From: the human T2T-CHM13v2.0 reference genome, Homo sapiens
DNA length: 64,000 bases
Direction: 5' to 3' (one strand)
NCBI RefSeq assembly: GCF_009914755.1
Contig: NC_060926.1
Shown: positions 39,755 to 52,707 of the stretch, piece after piece
How positions within the stretch are numbered: position 1 is the stretch's first letter
How the letters are laid out: each line of letters begins with the position of its first letter
Made by a program: the position numbers and the translations under genes
Notes under the pieces: generated by a model
Databases searched by the model: none
Seen by the model: the letters and a program-made list of their open reading frames with translations, nothing else
Told to the model about the DNA's origin: nothing

Positions 39755-39860
39755 TGTATTCATATCCTACTGCTACTATAACAAATTATCAAAACTTAAT
39801 GGCTCAAGCAACACAAATTCATATCTTACAATTCTGGAGGTCAGAGTTCAAAATGGGTTT
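39755..39860 (-). mobile_element. MLT1 (MaLR) LTR fragment
   Basis: 'tgtatt...ctataacaaattatcaaaacttaatggct...acaattctggaggtcagag'. Confidence 0.65.
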
Positions 39861-40444
39861 GTGGACTTTCAGCACCAGAACTGCTCACTCTACCCTTAAG
39901 TTACAGTTATACTGTCCCCTAGGTCCCCGCTCCTTCCCCACTGAGAACCTCTTCTGGTCATTGAATGCAGATGAGCCCTGGAGTCTGTCTCTAAGGGAAA
40001 TACCTTTCTCCCCAATTAGGAGTATTGGCAACAGTCTCAGTCCCCTACAAAGCCTGACTCCAGCAAGTTTAATTTTCAAAAATATGTGTAAAGTTGAGGC
40101 CCACCCCCAATTCTAAACTTCCTCCCAAATCCAGCCCTCCTGCCAGATTCTTTAACTGTGAAAATGTTTGTCTTTATCTCTCCAGAAACATCTTCTTAAT
40201 GCAAAGCATTCAACTTCCAAGGTTCTTCAAGGTTAAAACTGACAATGGGCCCTGCAGATCCCCGATTGTATACATATTACCTACTGATTGGGGTACACTT
40301 GCTTTCTATCAGAGATACATAAAATTATTGAGGAGAAAAATACAGAGTATCATGGACTTACTCTAAATAATTTAACTAGGAAACGAAGGAGATGAAAGGA
40401 ACGTTATGTAAATAGCTGACCACAGATTTAATGAATAGAAAAAT

Positions 40445-40600
40445 TTAAGAAAATAAAACTACAAAAAATTTTCACCAATCCTTTTGGAATATTCTACTCC
40501 TTAAGAGTTGTATTTAGTTTTAGTATTAACAATAACAACAACAACCAGGGAGTTCTGTTGGCTATAATCATGCCATGAATTAACTATTTGGTTCCTTCTG
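40445..40600 (+). repeat. 156-bp segment, copy 1 (donor) of an exact dispersed direct repeat
   Basis: Base-for-base identical to 42760-42915. Confidence 0.95.
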
Positions 40601-40693
40601 CAAAAACTAGTGTAGTTTCCAAAAGACGAGAAAGGTTGGTTTAAATTCTGCAAGTACTCAAAAGCAGATGTTTACTGTAGGATGGAATAAGAT

Positions 40694-40699
<6 letters not shown>

Positions 40700-40737
<38 letters not shown>

Positions 40738-40738
40738 A
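40700..40738. repeat. (CA)n microsatellite
   Basis: Read directly. Confidence 0.96.
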
Positions 40739-42759
40739 AAATGATGAAGGAGCAGTCAAAATTATCACATTCTAGAGGTATTTTAGAGAGATATAAGATG
40801 TTACATTTTATCTAACCAGATAAAGATTATCAGAGATAAATGTGAAGTCTATACTTAGACCCAAAATCCCAGCTTTGTGAGTCTTGGTTGAGAAGGTCTG
40901 TTTTATGAACACCTATGAAAGTCATTTGTGCCACCAAAGCCCTCCCACCAGGGCCCCGTGGATCTTACAGTCTTAAAATTCTCTGAATCCCATGAGCACC
41001 CTCTGTGTACCCAACAGCCACAGGTTATATTCCTGACCCTTCATATGTCTCTTTCCACTGGGTACCACTAATTTTTATCCCCTTTTGATAACAGCATTCT
41101 TTTAATATGTCATCAATGGTGAAAGATATGAATCGTTGTCATATCTTATTCAAATAACCTCCTATGCTCTTGTAATCCTAAGAACATTTATCCATATCAG
41201 GTATCTCTGGAAGCAGGAAGAATTCACCCCACTAATGCTGATGAGGATCCCTGAAGCTAGGTCTGAGGTCTGGCGGGTCTGAGCATCAGTTTTAAGAAGG
41301 TTGACCCTGTTATTTATTGTCACAGCCAGGCAACTTCAGAGAGTAAAAGGACTGACCAGCAGAGGTCAACCCAGCCACTTCCAGGAACACTAAGACCCTA
41401 GCACCAAGATCATTACTGGGCAGGAGGCAGCAAGAACTCCAACCTCAAGAGCAGCTTCTGAGCCTACCCTATACTCTCTCATCTCCAGAGAAAGCCCAGG
41501 CTCATAGAAGCCACACACACTTGAGCCCTAGGGCTCTCTACTGATTCTGGGTAACCCACTTCAGGAAACAGCCACTTCCAGAGATCCTTTAATGGTTTTA
41601 TGGAAAAACAAATTCAAAATAAATTAATAGGACTGATATTTATGTGACAAAAGAATTCTTTTTCCTAAGGATTTCTTCCACTCAATTCCCACTTCATACA
41701 TGAATAACACTTTTTTTGGTGAAAAATTTTCCTCAAAACAATAAGAACAACATCTTTTTATGAACGAATTATTGTATAAAATGAAATATATAGTCAACAT
41801 ACAGATTCTAACAACATAAGAGAATGTATAAGGGTTTGTATCTGAATTGGGGATTCCTATTTATTATTTAAAATAATAGTGAAGAGGTTTTCTTCATGAT
41901 TACATTTTTTTAAAGTTAAGAACATTTTTATTTTGCTTTCTGCTCAATTCCTTAATTTCATTGTTTGTCACTGTATTTAAATGGGATAGTCTGAAGTAAC
42001 TTTCAGCCTCTGATCTAGCTGAAATGACATGAAAAGAGATTTCGTGTGAGTTTTTCAGTTAATTCCATATTGATGATTCCAGTTATATAGAATGAACTGA
42101 AAAAAAGTGGCAGAATTGTCTTCAGAGTCATTTTTTTTTGTGCTATTTAAGCCCTGGCCAGATTGGATTCAGGCTCAAATTGTTTCCAATATTGCCTTCT
42201 GAATTGGATTTCAATTTTCTGGTGTGTGTGAATACACCTGTGTTCACAGAATAGCATGCTTTTTCTTTCTGAAAACTGTCATAATTTAGTGTCTAAAAGG
42301 ACTTTTTACGGATGGCGTTCAGAAGCACTTATCAATAGACTTAGAAGTATGTGGCTGTCTTAATGGGACTTTCAATGTAGTGGACACATAATAGGGATGA
42401 TTTGAGAAAAAATAAATCTTCCATTACTCTGAAGATATTTTAGGTTTAAATTAACTTGGGATTTAAAATAAAAGCAAAAATGATCAAAATGCTATAATTT
42501 GTATGTAAGTATTTCTAAGACCAGCGTTCAGCCATGGAACAGGGTTAGCCTCATGCACACTCAGAATAAGACAACGTCCAAATGATGGGATTCAGAGTTC
42601 TTGAATGCTCCCCAAAGCCACAATACCTTTGTTTCAGTTCAGTTCCTTGTTTCTTTCTGAAATCCTTCCAGACACAAAATTGTTACGAGACAAAAAAAAA
42701 AAAAAAAAAAGTGAATTTTATACTGGTAATTCTTGCCTTGTATAATTAGGCAAGAAAAA

Positions 42760-42915
42760 TTAAGAAAATAAAACTACAAAAAATTTTCACCAATCCTTTT
42801 GGAATATTCTACTCCTTAAGAGTTGTATTTAGTTTTAGTATTAACAATAACAACAACAACCAGGGAGTTCTGTTGGCTATAATCATGCCATGAATTAACT
42901 ATTTGGTTCCTTCTG
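42760..42915 (+). repeat. 156-bp segment, copy 2 (inserted copy)
   Basis: Identical to 40445-40600. Flanked by caagaaaaa at 42751-42759 and 42919-42927. Confidence 0.95.
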
Positions 42916-44909
42916 AACCAAGAAAAAGCACATTCACAGTGGATACAAATAGTGATACTGTGATCAACCCAGAGCAGTCACTGATGGTCGTGAAGATGGA
43001 GGCAGTCAGCGCCTACTGATTTATGCATTTATATATTTTTCCCATTTTAAAAAAGAGGTGTGAGGACAGTGAGAGAAAGATGTGAAAATCTGCAATAGAC
43101 CCCACCTCCCAAAAAGGAAAAGAAAATAAATAAACAACTAAACTTCACTCTCAGTATTAAACAATGAACAATACACTTTTCTTTTTTTAAAAATTTTTTT
43201 TATTTTGCTAGTTTAAGTGGTTAAAACCAAGGAGATACCAATGCCACCTGGGCAAAAATTAGTGGTCAGGTGTATAGTTTGGATGTCATAGACATCAAAC
43301 ATTTGCCTGGCAGCCCAATGCCTATGATTTTGTTTTGAAGTAGAAATGTAAAAAATACATATTCTACTGACAAAAACATAGGCTCACAAAGTCTTTATAG
43401 AGCACGGCCTACCACAATGTACTCATGCTGAAACCAAGTGAGGACCTCCCTGGGTCCATTCCTCTAACACTGTTGTTTTGTTTTTGTTTTTGTTTTTGTT
43501 TTTTTCCCCATGTGTAGCCCCTCTTCTGTTGTCTTTGGGACCATTCCTAATTATATGTGTTGATGATATAAGGAAAATTTGTATAGAACTCATAGGCCTT
43601 TTATTATATTTTATTATGGTAATACTAGGGATTATAGAACAAAGGTACATGTGTTTAATTAAATGAACAAATGATGTCAAAAATTAAAGCCCAGCTCTGA
43701 CATTAATAGCTTAATTCCCAGGGTTTCCTTTTCTAGAATTGTTCTATAATTTCACCATTACTCTTCTCTATACCTAGTGTGTCTGTATCCCAAACCCAGT
43801 ATCACCATGCTCAGAGTGAACACAGGCAACATAAAAGATGAGGGTCTGATATTGGTTAAGAACAAGATGAAGAAAGAAAAAGAAGGAGGAGAAAAAGGAG
43901 AAGAAGGAGGAGGAAGAGGTGGAGGAGAAGTGTTAATAAACTCTCTTAAGAAAAAATAATTGATCTGCAGCAAAGTTTTTTTAGTCTAAAATCATAAGAT
44001 GAATAGGGTCACATTGCTCTGCGGGCATGGCTATGGAAAAACGTTATGCATGAGATATAATCAAAATAGGAAATTCAATTTTATTGGACAATTCAAATTA
44101 AAGTAAGGGCAGTTGTGTATTTATGGTAAAGTAGATCTTAACATTACCAGTGTCAAAGAATGCCTGTATTCACATGAGAAAAATGCTGAAATATAATAAT
44201 TTTCCAAAGAAAAAGCATATTTTTTCAAGATATTTTATATTAAAATTTATTTTTCTTAAGAAAAAAGAAACAAAAGAAGGCACTGATGGGTTATTAAGAT
44301 GGAGTAAGCCCTCCCATGCCATAATGAGCTTCTTTTCACTAAATGCATTCAATAATCAGGATTCAGGGACATAGATGAACACGTAAGTTTCCAAAATTCC
44401 ACAAAATAATTTTATTTTAGATAAAGTGATAAAAGCAACTGGTTTGTGTAAACATAAATAAAAGCAAATATATTTTTGAGTAGGTAATAGTGATAAATCT
44501 AAATCCTGATTGACATAATAAAAATGTATTTATCTAATAATGTATAATTTAATATTTTATGTAATATAGTTGTTCTTTATAACAACCGTCTTAAATATTA
44601 TTATCTAAATTTTAATTACATGTATTTCTTGTTTATGATTGGGAGTTTTAAGAATGTAACTAAGCAAAACTATAATAGCTTTATTTTTAGATTAAGTAAT
44701 TCCAATACACAACTTAATCTAAAATGTCACAAGTAATAAATAGTGGGATTAAGTTTTGAACCCAAGTATTTTATTTACAAATCAGTGCTCCTCTTCTGAG
44801 GAAGAATGTTAGAAGACATTTTATTTCTTAATTTAAACACTTATAACATTCTTTTGTAAATATTTTATTATCAGTCTTGGCTACTAAGCTGTAGCTTTAC
44901 TATGGCTGT

Positions 44910-45710
44910 GTGATACAGAAAAAAAAAGAGTACTTTTTCCTACTCTCTTCTCTCAAAACAGCACAATACTTCTGATACCAGATTGTAGGGATTTCTCCCT
45001 ACATGCCTAGCAGTTAATTCTAATTCAATTTAATTCCGACACTGTCTACCTAGATATAGTGTCAGATTCCCATAAGTCGGGGGCTCAGTCCCACAAGACT
45101 GTCCCCACTGAATGTCCCCCTGAAGATTGGGGTTGCAAGCCTAGGTTATGGCTTATGCTTCTGACTAACTAGTTATAAATTAGGGTTCCCACAATCCCCT
45201 AATCAGGTTTTTAAAATTTGCTTGAGTAGCTTGCAGAGCTCAAGATAAAACTTACATTTACCAATTTATTATAAAGGATGTTACAAATGACACGGATGAA
45301 CAGCCAGATGGAAGAAATGCACAAGGTGAAGCATGGGGGAAGGGTGTTGATTTTCCATACCCTCCCCAGGATCATCACCATCCAGGAACCTCCATGTTTC
45401 CTGAAACTGAGCACCTCTGGAACCCAGTTGGGTTTTATGAAGGCTCCAATATGTAGGCGTGACTGATTAAATTATTGGCCATGAGCGACCAACTTCATCT
45501 CAACCTCTCTCCCCTCCCTGGAGTTTGAAGGTGGGACTGAAAGTCTCAAGCCTTGTTTCTTCCAGTGACCAGTGCTTATCCTGAAGCTAGAGAGGGGCCC
45601 CAGCCACCAGTCATTTAATTAGCTTATAAAAGAAACTCATCTCTCTGGCGATCCAAAGGTCTTGTGAGCTATATGTCAAGAAAGGGGTCAAAGATCCAAC
45701 ATATACTTAA
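44910..45710 (-). mobile_element. MER21-type solo LTR
   Basis: 'aattccgacactgtctacctagatatagtgtcagattccc...gggctcagtcccacaagactg' and 'gatgaacagccagatggaaga' are MER21 motifs. Confidence 0.82.
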
Positions 45711-46049
45711 TGCCAAAAAGGCAAAGATGTGTTGTTTACCTCTGTAATCTTAGCTTCTATCAGAATGCACATATTAGATACTTCCTAAATTTAGGGTTAA
45801 TCTGATTATGTCTTCTACCCTGGCTTCAGCTAGCAGATGTGAGTTACATTGTGCTGGGAAGACAACTATATGTTAATTGATTGGGTCAATGGTTTGATAT
45901 TACAAAGCAGACTGTTTCTTTTGAATCTGGAAAAATTTGCTTGGAGGAAAAATAATTATCTATATGTCTGGATTCCTCATGTGTATGCTAGCACACATGG
46001 CTTCAGACAATACCCTCAAAATAGCAAAACTTGTCTTTGGGGTTGTTTA

Positions 46050-46642
46050 TATCAACCTAAAATAATCGAAGGGATCAGAATCCAGTTTTTAAAAGCTTGT
46101 TCAAGCAAAAAGCTGGGTGGAAATGGTCATCTGGGAAACACAAACTCCAGAGAAATGGGGTCAGTGCTCCAAAGTTAAAAGTTAAGGTCTTGCTTATATA
46201 TAGGAAGAAAACCAAGAAATTTAACAGGATTACAACATTTTCCATATAATTCTGATTTATGAGTTATAATAATTTAATTAGTTACAGTTTGTTTTTCATA
46301 CAACTTTCCTTTCCAATTTAAAAATGTAATATTTATCATTTCATCTTAGAAAATGTGGTAGACATAAAGCCGTTTTGTAAGAGGTAGAAGGGAAGTTAAT
46401 ATATAATGAAGATCAATAGTGGGAGGGAAGGAGTCTTCCCTAGAACCCTTTAGTCATTTATCACATTTTATAAAGCAATGTAGATGAGGAAGAAGGCTAA
46501 TCTATAAGCAGAGAAACAAAGATTACAGCTGCCTAGGTTACAGCTGCCTATCACATGACGTAGGCCCTATAATCACACTCCTTTAAGGCTCAAAATAATT
46601 TAAAGTTCCAACCGCTTAGATTTTGAATTAGTAATTTTCACA
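46050..46642 (-). mobile_element. ERV1 solo LTR (MER39-like)
   Basis: Starts 'tatcaacctaaaataatcgaaggg...', contains 'ctccagagaaatggggtcagtgctcc', ends 'gattttgaatta...ttttcaca'. Confidence 0.72.
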
Positions 46643-46908
46643 CTTATACTATTTATCATTCTTTGTCACATTACATTGTAAAATCTCCTTTCAAAAGAAA
46701 AAATAAAAAGAAGAAAGAAAAAATTTGTCAGGAACCATTTATACCTTAGAAAATGTATGTCACCTTGTTCCCACTCTTAGGCTTATGTGCTCTTCAAGCT
46801 TTATAATTAACCATAGTATGTTCAGCCATTAGGTCCCATGAAAAAATTAAATATGAAGTATTTGAGAGTAGGCAGAGGACTATTATTTTGAGAAGATACG
46901 TTTTGTAT

Positions 46909-47773
46909 TTTAAATCAAAAAGTATCTGAAACGGGTCTCAATCAAGTTAAAAGTTTATTTTGCCAAGGTTAAGGATAATGACCTGTAACACAGCCTCAGG
47001 AGGTCCTGAGAACTTGTGCCCAAGGTGGTTGGTTACAGCTTGGATTTATACATTTTAGAGAGACAAACATTACAGCCAAAGACATAAATTGATACATGTC
47101 AGGTATACATTTGTTTGACTTGAAAAAGTGGGATATCTCGAAGGCGGGGCTTACTGGTCATAGGTGGATTTAAACATTCGTGACTGGCAGTTGGTTGAAA
47201 GGTTTAAGCTCTGCCTGAAGAGTTGAAATCAGCTTGAGTTACAGTAAGAGGAGGGTTGTGGAAGCCAAGGCTTTTGTCTTATAGATGAAGCCTTCAGGTA
47301 GCTGGCTTCAGAGAGAAAAGATGTGAATGTCTCTTATCAAAGGTGTCAGACTCTCTGGAGAGACCTAGTGAGGGAAGGTGATTCTCCACAGAATACAAAC
47401 TGTTTTCATAAGAGACAGCTTTGCAGGGCCACTTCAAACTATGTCCAGAGAAATACATTTTGGGGTAAAAATACGTTGATTTCCTTTCAGGGCCCCTTAT
47501 CTTTCATGTGATGTTATACCAGAGTCAGGTTGGAGTTGGTAACTTACTGCTACAAAGAGTCTGTCCTGTCAGTCTTAGGATCTCCATATTAATATTAGTG
47601 CTGGTTTGAACTCCAAAGGAGGAGAGTATGATGAGGCTTGTCTGACCATTCCCTCTTCCCATGTTGGCCTGAACTAGTTTTTCAGGTTTGCCTGAGTCCC
47701 TTTGGCAAGGGAAGGGTCCCATACAGTCTTTTGTGGGGGTGGGCAGAGCTTAGGATTTTATTTTTGATTTACA
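46909..47773 (-). mobile_element. MER4-group solo LTR (MER4D-like)
   Basis: 'ggtctcaatcaa...agtttattttgccaaggttaagga...cagcctcaggaggtcctgagaac' through to 'ttttatttttgatttaca'. 4-bp TSD GTAT at 46905-46908 and 47774-47777. Confidence 0.88.
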
Positions 47774-47807
47774 GTATCTATGTAATTTGAATCTAAGAAT
47801 AAAATCT

Positions 47808-48126
<319 letters not shown>

Positions 48127-48185
48127 CTAAGAAATCTGACTTTATTACCCATGCATTTGGTTACCACACGGCATTGCTATAGAAC

Positions 48186-48630
48186 AGCAGTTTTCCAATG
48201 TTGATCTGCAGGTCACTGGAAGACCTGAGTTCCACTCAGCATGTCCAAGAAGTCAAAAATATTTTCTAATAACTTGAATATAAAATGTGACTTTTTCACT
48301 GTGGTGACATTTGTACTGATGGGGCCAAATCAGTAGTGGGTAAAACTGCAGAGGCCTTAGAACAAATCAAGACTGGTGGCACGGAAATGCACTGGGAGTC
48401 ATTGCAATCTCAGCTACCATGTCCTCACAGAAAGGGAGAAAAATATGTTTCACTTAAGAAGATACTTTATGTAAACATTATTAATTTTATTAAATTTTGA
48501 ACCTGAACAGCTCATCTTTTTTACCATTTGTTTACCAAACTGGGAGTATTCAAAAAACACTTCTGCAGCATTCTAAAGTGTACTGATAGACTCAAGCAAA
48601 AATAATCACGCAAATGTTTGAGTTGTGATC
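48186..48630. mobile_element. Charlie1-type hAT transposon fragment
   Basis: 'gacatttgtactgatgggg...gtgggtaaaactgc...gccttag...aatcaag...gtggcac...gtcattg' matches the recalled Charlie1 internal sequence. Confidence 0.7.
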
Positions 48631-48848
48631 CACAAAGTCAATCCAAGTCTAATTGAAATCTCATCAGGTTTTTAGATGGAGATTTTAAACGACTTTGCTA
48701 AAATGTATGTGAAAATAAAACATGCTAAAGATACCCAAGACAATATTGAGAAAAAAAATAACAGTGTGGAAGGATTCGAACCACCAAATTTTAAGGATTG
48801 TTACAAAGCCCCCCTAATTAAGATAGTGTAATATTGGTTCTTGAAGAG

Positions 48849-48988
48849 TGTATTAGTCTACATGAGATGCTGTATTAGTCAGAGTTTTCTAGAAGGACAG
48901 AACCAATAGAAGATATATATATACACACACACACACACACATATATGAGTTTATATATATATAAAATCTAAGAAATCTGACTTTATTG

Positions 48989-49022
<34 letters not shown>

Positions 49023-49760
49023 TTTATTAAGTATTAACTCACATGATCACAAGATCCCACAATAGGCTGTCTGCAAGCTGAGGAGCAAAGAGAGCCAGTC
49101 CAAATCCCAAAACTGAAGAACTTGGAGTCCGATGTTTGAGGACAGGAAGCATCCAGCACCAGAGAAAAATGTGGGTTGGGAGGCTGGGTCAGTCCAGTCT
49201 TTTCACGTTTTTTTGTCTACTTTATAGTCTAGCTGCACTAGCAGCTGATTAGGTGATGCCCACCCAGTTCGAGGGTGGGTCAGCCTTTTCCAGCCCACTG
49301 ACTCAAATGTTAATCTCCTTTAACAACACCCTCACAGACACACCCAGGATCAATACTTTGCATTTTTCAATCCAATCAAGTTGACACTCAGTATTAACCA
49401 TCACAGATCCCATAATAAAATGTGATAGATTCAGTGGCTGAAACATAGAAAAAAGTGTTTCTTGCCATTCTGGAGGCTGAGAAGTCCGAGATGAAGGTGC
49501 CAGTAGGTTCAGTCCCTCTTTCTGGCTTACAGAAGGCTGCCTTCTCTCTGTGTTCTCGCATGACATACATAAAGGGAGTGAGAGAGGAAGAGACAGAGAG
49601 ATCAATTTATTTTTCTTATAAACCTAGCAATTCTATCAGATTAGAGCCCCACCCTTATAACCCCACTTAATCTTAATACGCCCTCCTAAAAGCCCTGTCT
49701 TCAAATACAGTCATATTTTGGGTTAGGGCTTCACTGCATGAATTTAGGGATGGGGGCAGG
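48849..49760 (-). mobile_element. MLT1B/C MaLR LTR, split by an MLT2A insertion
   Basis: Starts tgtattagtc at 48849 and resumes at 49411 with 'cataataaaatg...ttctggaggctgagaagtccgagatgaaggtg...ttagggcttca...tgaattt'. Confidence 0.8.
48871..49405 (-). mobile_element. MLT2A (ERVL) solo LTR
   Basis: tgtattagtcag...(TA/CA)n...'caatccaatcaagttgacactcagtattaaccatcaca'. 5-bp TSD gatgc/gatcc. Confidence 0.92.
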
Positions 49761-49769
49761 GGTGAGGGC

Positions 49770-49934
49770 ACAAGGCAAGTGTAATCATAGTTAGGGAGGG
49801 AGGGGGTATAACCAGGTGCACCTGACTTGCCATCTTGTTATGGCTGGGAGCTCAGTTTTCAAGGTTACTCTAGGGTCCCTTTGACAAAGAGGGGGTCCAT
49901 TCTGTCAGTTGGAGATTTTATTTTTATTTCTCAC
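49770..49934 (-). mobile_element. ERV1 (MER4-group) LTR fragment
   Basis: 'ctcagttttcaaggttactctagggtcccttg...ggggtccattc...ttttatttttatttctcac'. Confidence 0.55.
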
Positions 49935-51050
49935 TCTTACCACGCACAAGATTAAAATATAGTGGATTGTACATTCAAATGTGAAAAAGTAAAACAATAT
50001 AGCTTCTAGAAGTTAATATCAGAGAATATTTTCATGACATTAGGGTGGGCAAATATTTATTACACAGGACACTGAAAAAGCAGTAAACGTTAAGGAAAGA
50101 TAAATCCTTTGAATTAAATTAAAATTAAATGTGTATTTATTTATTTTTTCAAAGGACATCATTAGCAGAGTAAAATGCTAGCCAAAGACTAGATTTACAT
50201 ATCTAACAAAAGACTTATATCTAGATTATAAGAATAATGCCATAAATCAGTCAACCTAATAGAATTGGAAGAAAAGTTGGCAAGTGTTTCATGAAAACTA
50301 GCTGCATTTCATGGAAGGAAACAGGAAAATAGGAAAGAAGGTAAGAAGAAAGGAGAAAAGCAAAGAAAGAAAATCTGAAAATAAAGCACTGCAAAATTTA
50401 AAATGAGTGACACTCAGGCTGGCTACAGCTATAATGATGGGGAATATCATATATTGATAAGAATGTGAAACCACTGGAATTCTACAAACTAGAGGTGGGA
50501 GAGAAACTGTGTATAAACAGTTAAGAACTGTATTTCCTAGTATTGACAGAAGCAGAACATACACTTATTCTACAAAATGTGTATATATATCTGTCTCCAA
50601 ATATATGTTACTGAATGCTCCTGTTATTATATTGCTCCTACTATCTTGTTCATATAGCCCAGCACTGGAAACAGCTCGCATGTTGATCAACCTTTGAATG
50701 AATATTTTCTGATGTACTCATTGCTTGTATTCTTGTACAGTAATGACAGTGAAGGGAGCATGGCATATGTTAGTAAACCATAGGAATGAATCTCCTAAAC
50801 CACCATGTTGAGCAAAGGAAGTCAGACACAAAAGTGTACATACTGAATGAGTTCATTTCATGAAGTTAATCTGTATTTTTAGAAATCATTCATTAATTTT
50901 GAAAACAGTAATGACCAGGAGGACCTCATATAACACTTCTGCCTAACTGATAACGTTATTTACATGGGTGGTAATCATGCAACTGAAAATTTATTAAGCT
51001 ATACATATGATTTATGGACTTTTTGTTTGGATATTTTACTTCAATAAAAA
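49935..51050 (+). mobile_element. Old L1M 3' portion (also 48650-48845)
   Basis: Decayed ORF2 and 3'UTR text ('cttctagaagttaatatcagagaatattttcatgac', 'aaggaagtcagacacaaaag', 'ttttacttcaataaaaa'). Confidence 0.65.
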
Positions 51051-51059
51051 TGGTCACTG

Positions 51060-51358
<299 letters not shown>

Positions 51359-51735
51359 TTACTGGGGAAAATGATAAAAGAAAACAGCAAACTACTTCTG
51401 GTCAGATTCTTAAAGGCAATGATCTGGAACTTGTTTTGTACAGGTATTGCCAGAGGGAGCTACCATTTGGCTTTTTTTCCTTGACACCGCTCTGCCTAAG
51501 TTTAGACTCTTGTCATTGGCCATGCTAGAAAAACTCCTCCTTCTCCTTCCTGCCTATATTCCACAAGCCATCATCTTCTTCCCAAATTATGTTTCCTCAA
51601 GTTTGTCTCTCCTTTGTTTAAACAACACTGGGTTCCCATTACTCTACAGGATAAAGGACGAGACTGCAAATCTGTCATTTGGAATCTTTTGTAATTGTGG
51701 TCTACCCATGCACACATTTTTTTTTCCACCTAATG

Positions 51736-52707
51736 TTTTTTTTTAATATATATATAAGTTCTAGGGTACATGTGCACAACATGCAGGTTTGTTACATATG
51801 TATACATGTGCCATGTTGGTGTGCTGCACCCATTAACTCATCATTTACATTAGATGTATCTCCTAATGCTATCCCTCTCTCCGCCCCCCACCCCACAACA
51901 GGCCCTGGTGTGTGATGCTTCCCTTCCTGTGTCCAAGTGTCTTATTGTTCAATTCCCACCTATGAGTGAGAACATGCGGGGTTTGGTTTTTTGTCCTTGT
52001 GATAGTTGCTGAGAATGATGGTTTCTAGCTTCATCCATGTCCCTACAAAGGACATGAACTCATCCTTTTTAATGGCTGCATAGTATTCCATGGTGCATAT
52101 GTGCCACATTTTCTTAATCCAGTCTATCATGGACATTTGGGTTGGTTCCAAGTCTTTGCTATTGTGAATAGTGCCGCAATAAACATACGTGTGCATGTGC
52201 CTTTATAGCAGCATGATTTATAATCCTTTGGGTATATACCCAGTAATGGGATGGCTGGGTCAAATGGTATTTCTAGTTCTAGATCCTTGAGGAATCGCCA
52301 CACTGTCTTCCACAATGGCTGAACTAGTTTGCAGTCCCACCAACAGTGTAAAAGTGTTCCTATTTCTCCACATCCTCTCCAGCACCTGTTGTTTCCTGAC
52401 TTTTTAATGATCGCTATTCTGACTGGTGTGAGATGGTATCTCATTGTGGTTTTGATTTGCATTTCTCTGATGGCCAATGATGATGAACATTTTTTCATGT
52501 GTCTGTTGGCTGCATAAATGTCTTCTTTTGAGAAGTGTCTGTTCATATCCTTTGTCCACTTTTTGATGAGGTTGTTTTGTTTTTTTCTTGTAAATTTGAG
52601 TTCTTTGTAGATTCTGGATATTAGCCCTTTGTCAGATGAGTACATTGGAAAAATTTTCTCCCATTCTGTAGGTTGCCTGTTCACTCTGATGGTAGTTTCT
52701 TTTGCTG
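51736..52707 (-). mobile_element. 5'-truncated young L1PA (L1PA4-like), ~1 kb
   Basis: ORF 52127..52684 is the ORF2 C-terminus including the Cys-rich CWRGC...HCWWDC motif. 3'UTR 'aagttctagggtacatgtgcacaac'. catgcac on both flanks. Confidence 0.95.

Noticed and set aside
42691-42710. Isolated A19 run as a processed-pseudogene tail
   Set aside because: I found no nearby upstream polyadenylation signal, no TSD and no recognisable mRNA-like sequence.
40445-42915. 156-bp direct repeats as the LTRs of a novel 2.5-kb retroelement
   Set aside because: There are no TG..CA ends, primer-binding site, polypurine tract or internal coding, and no TSD around the whole unit. The TSD brackets only the second copy.
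52127-52684. Longest ORF (185 aa) as a gene
   Set aside because: It is the C-terminal fragment of L1 ORF2 in a 5'-truncated element, with a frameshift before the end.
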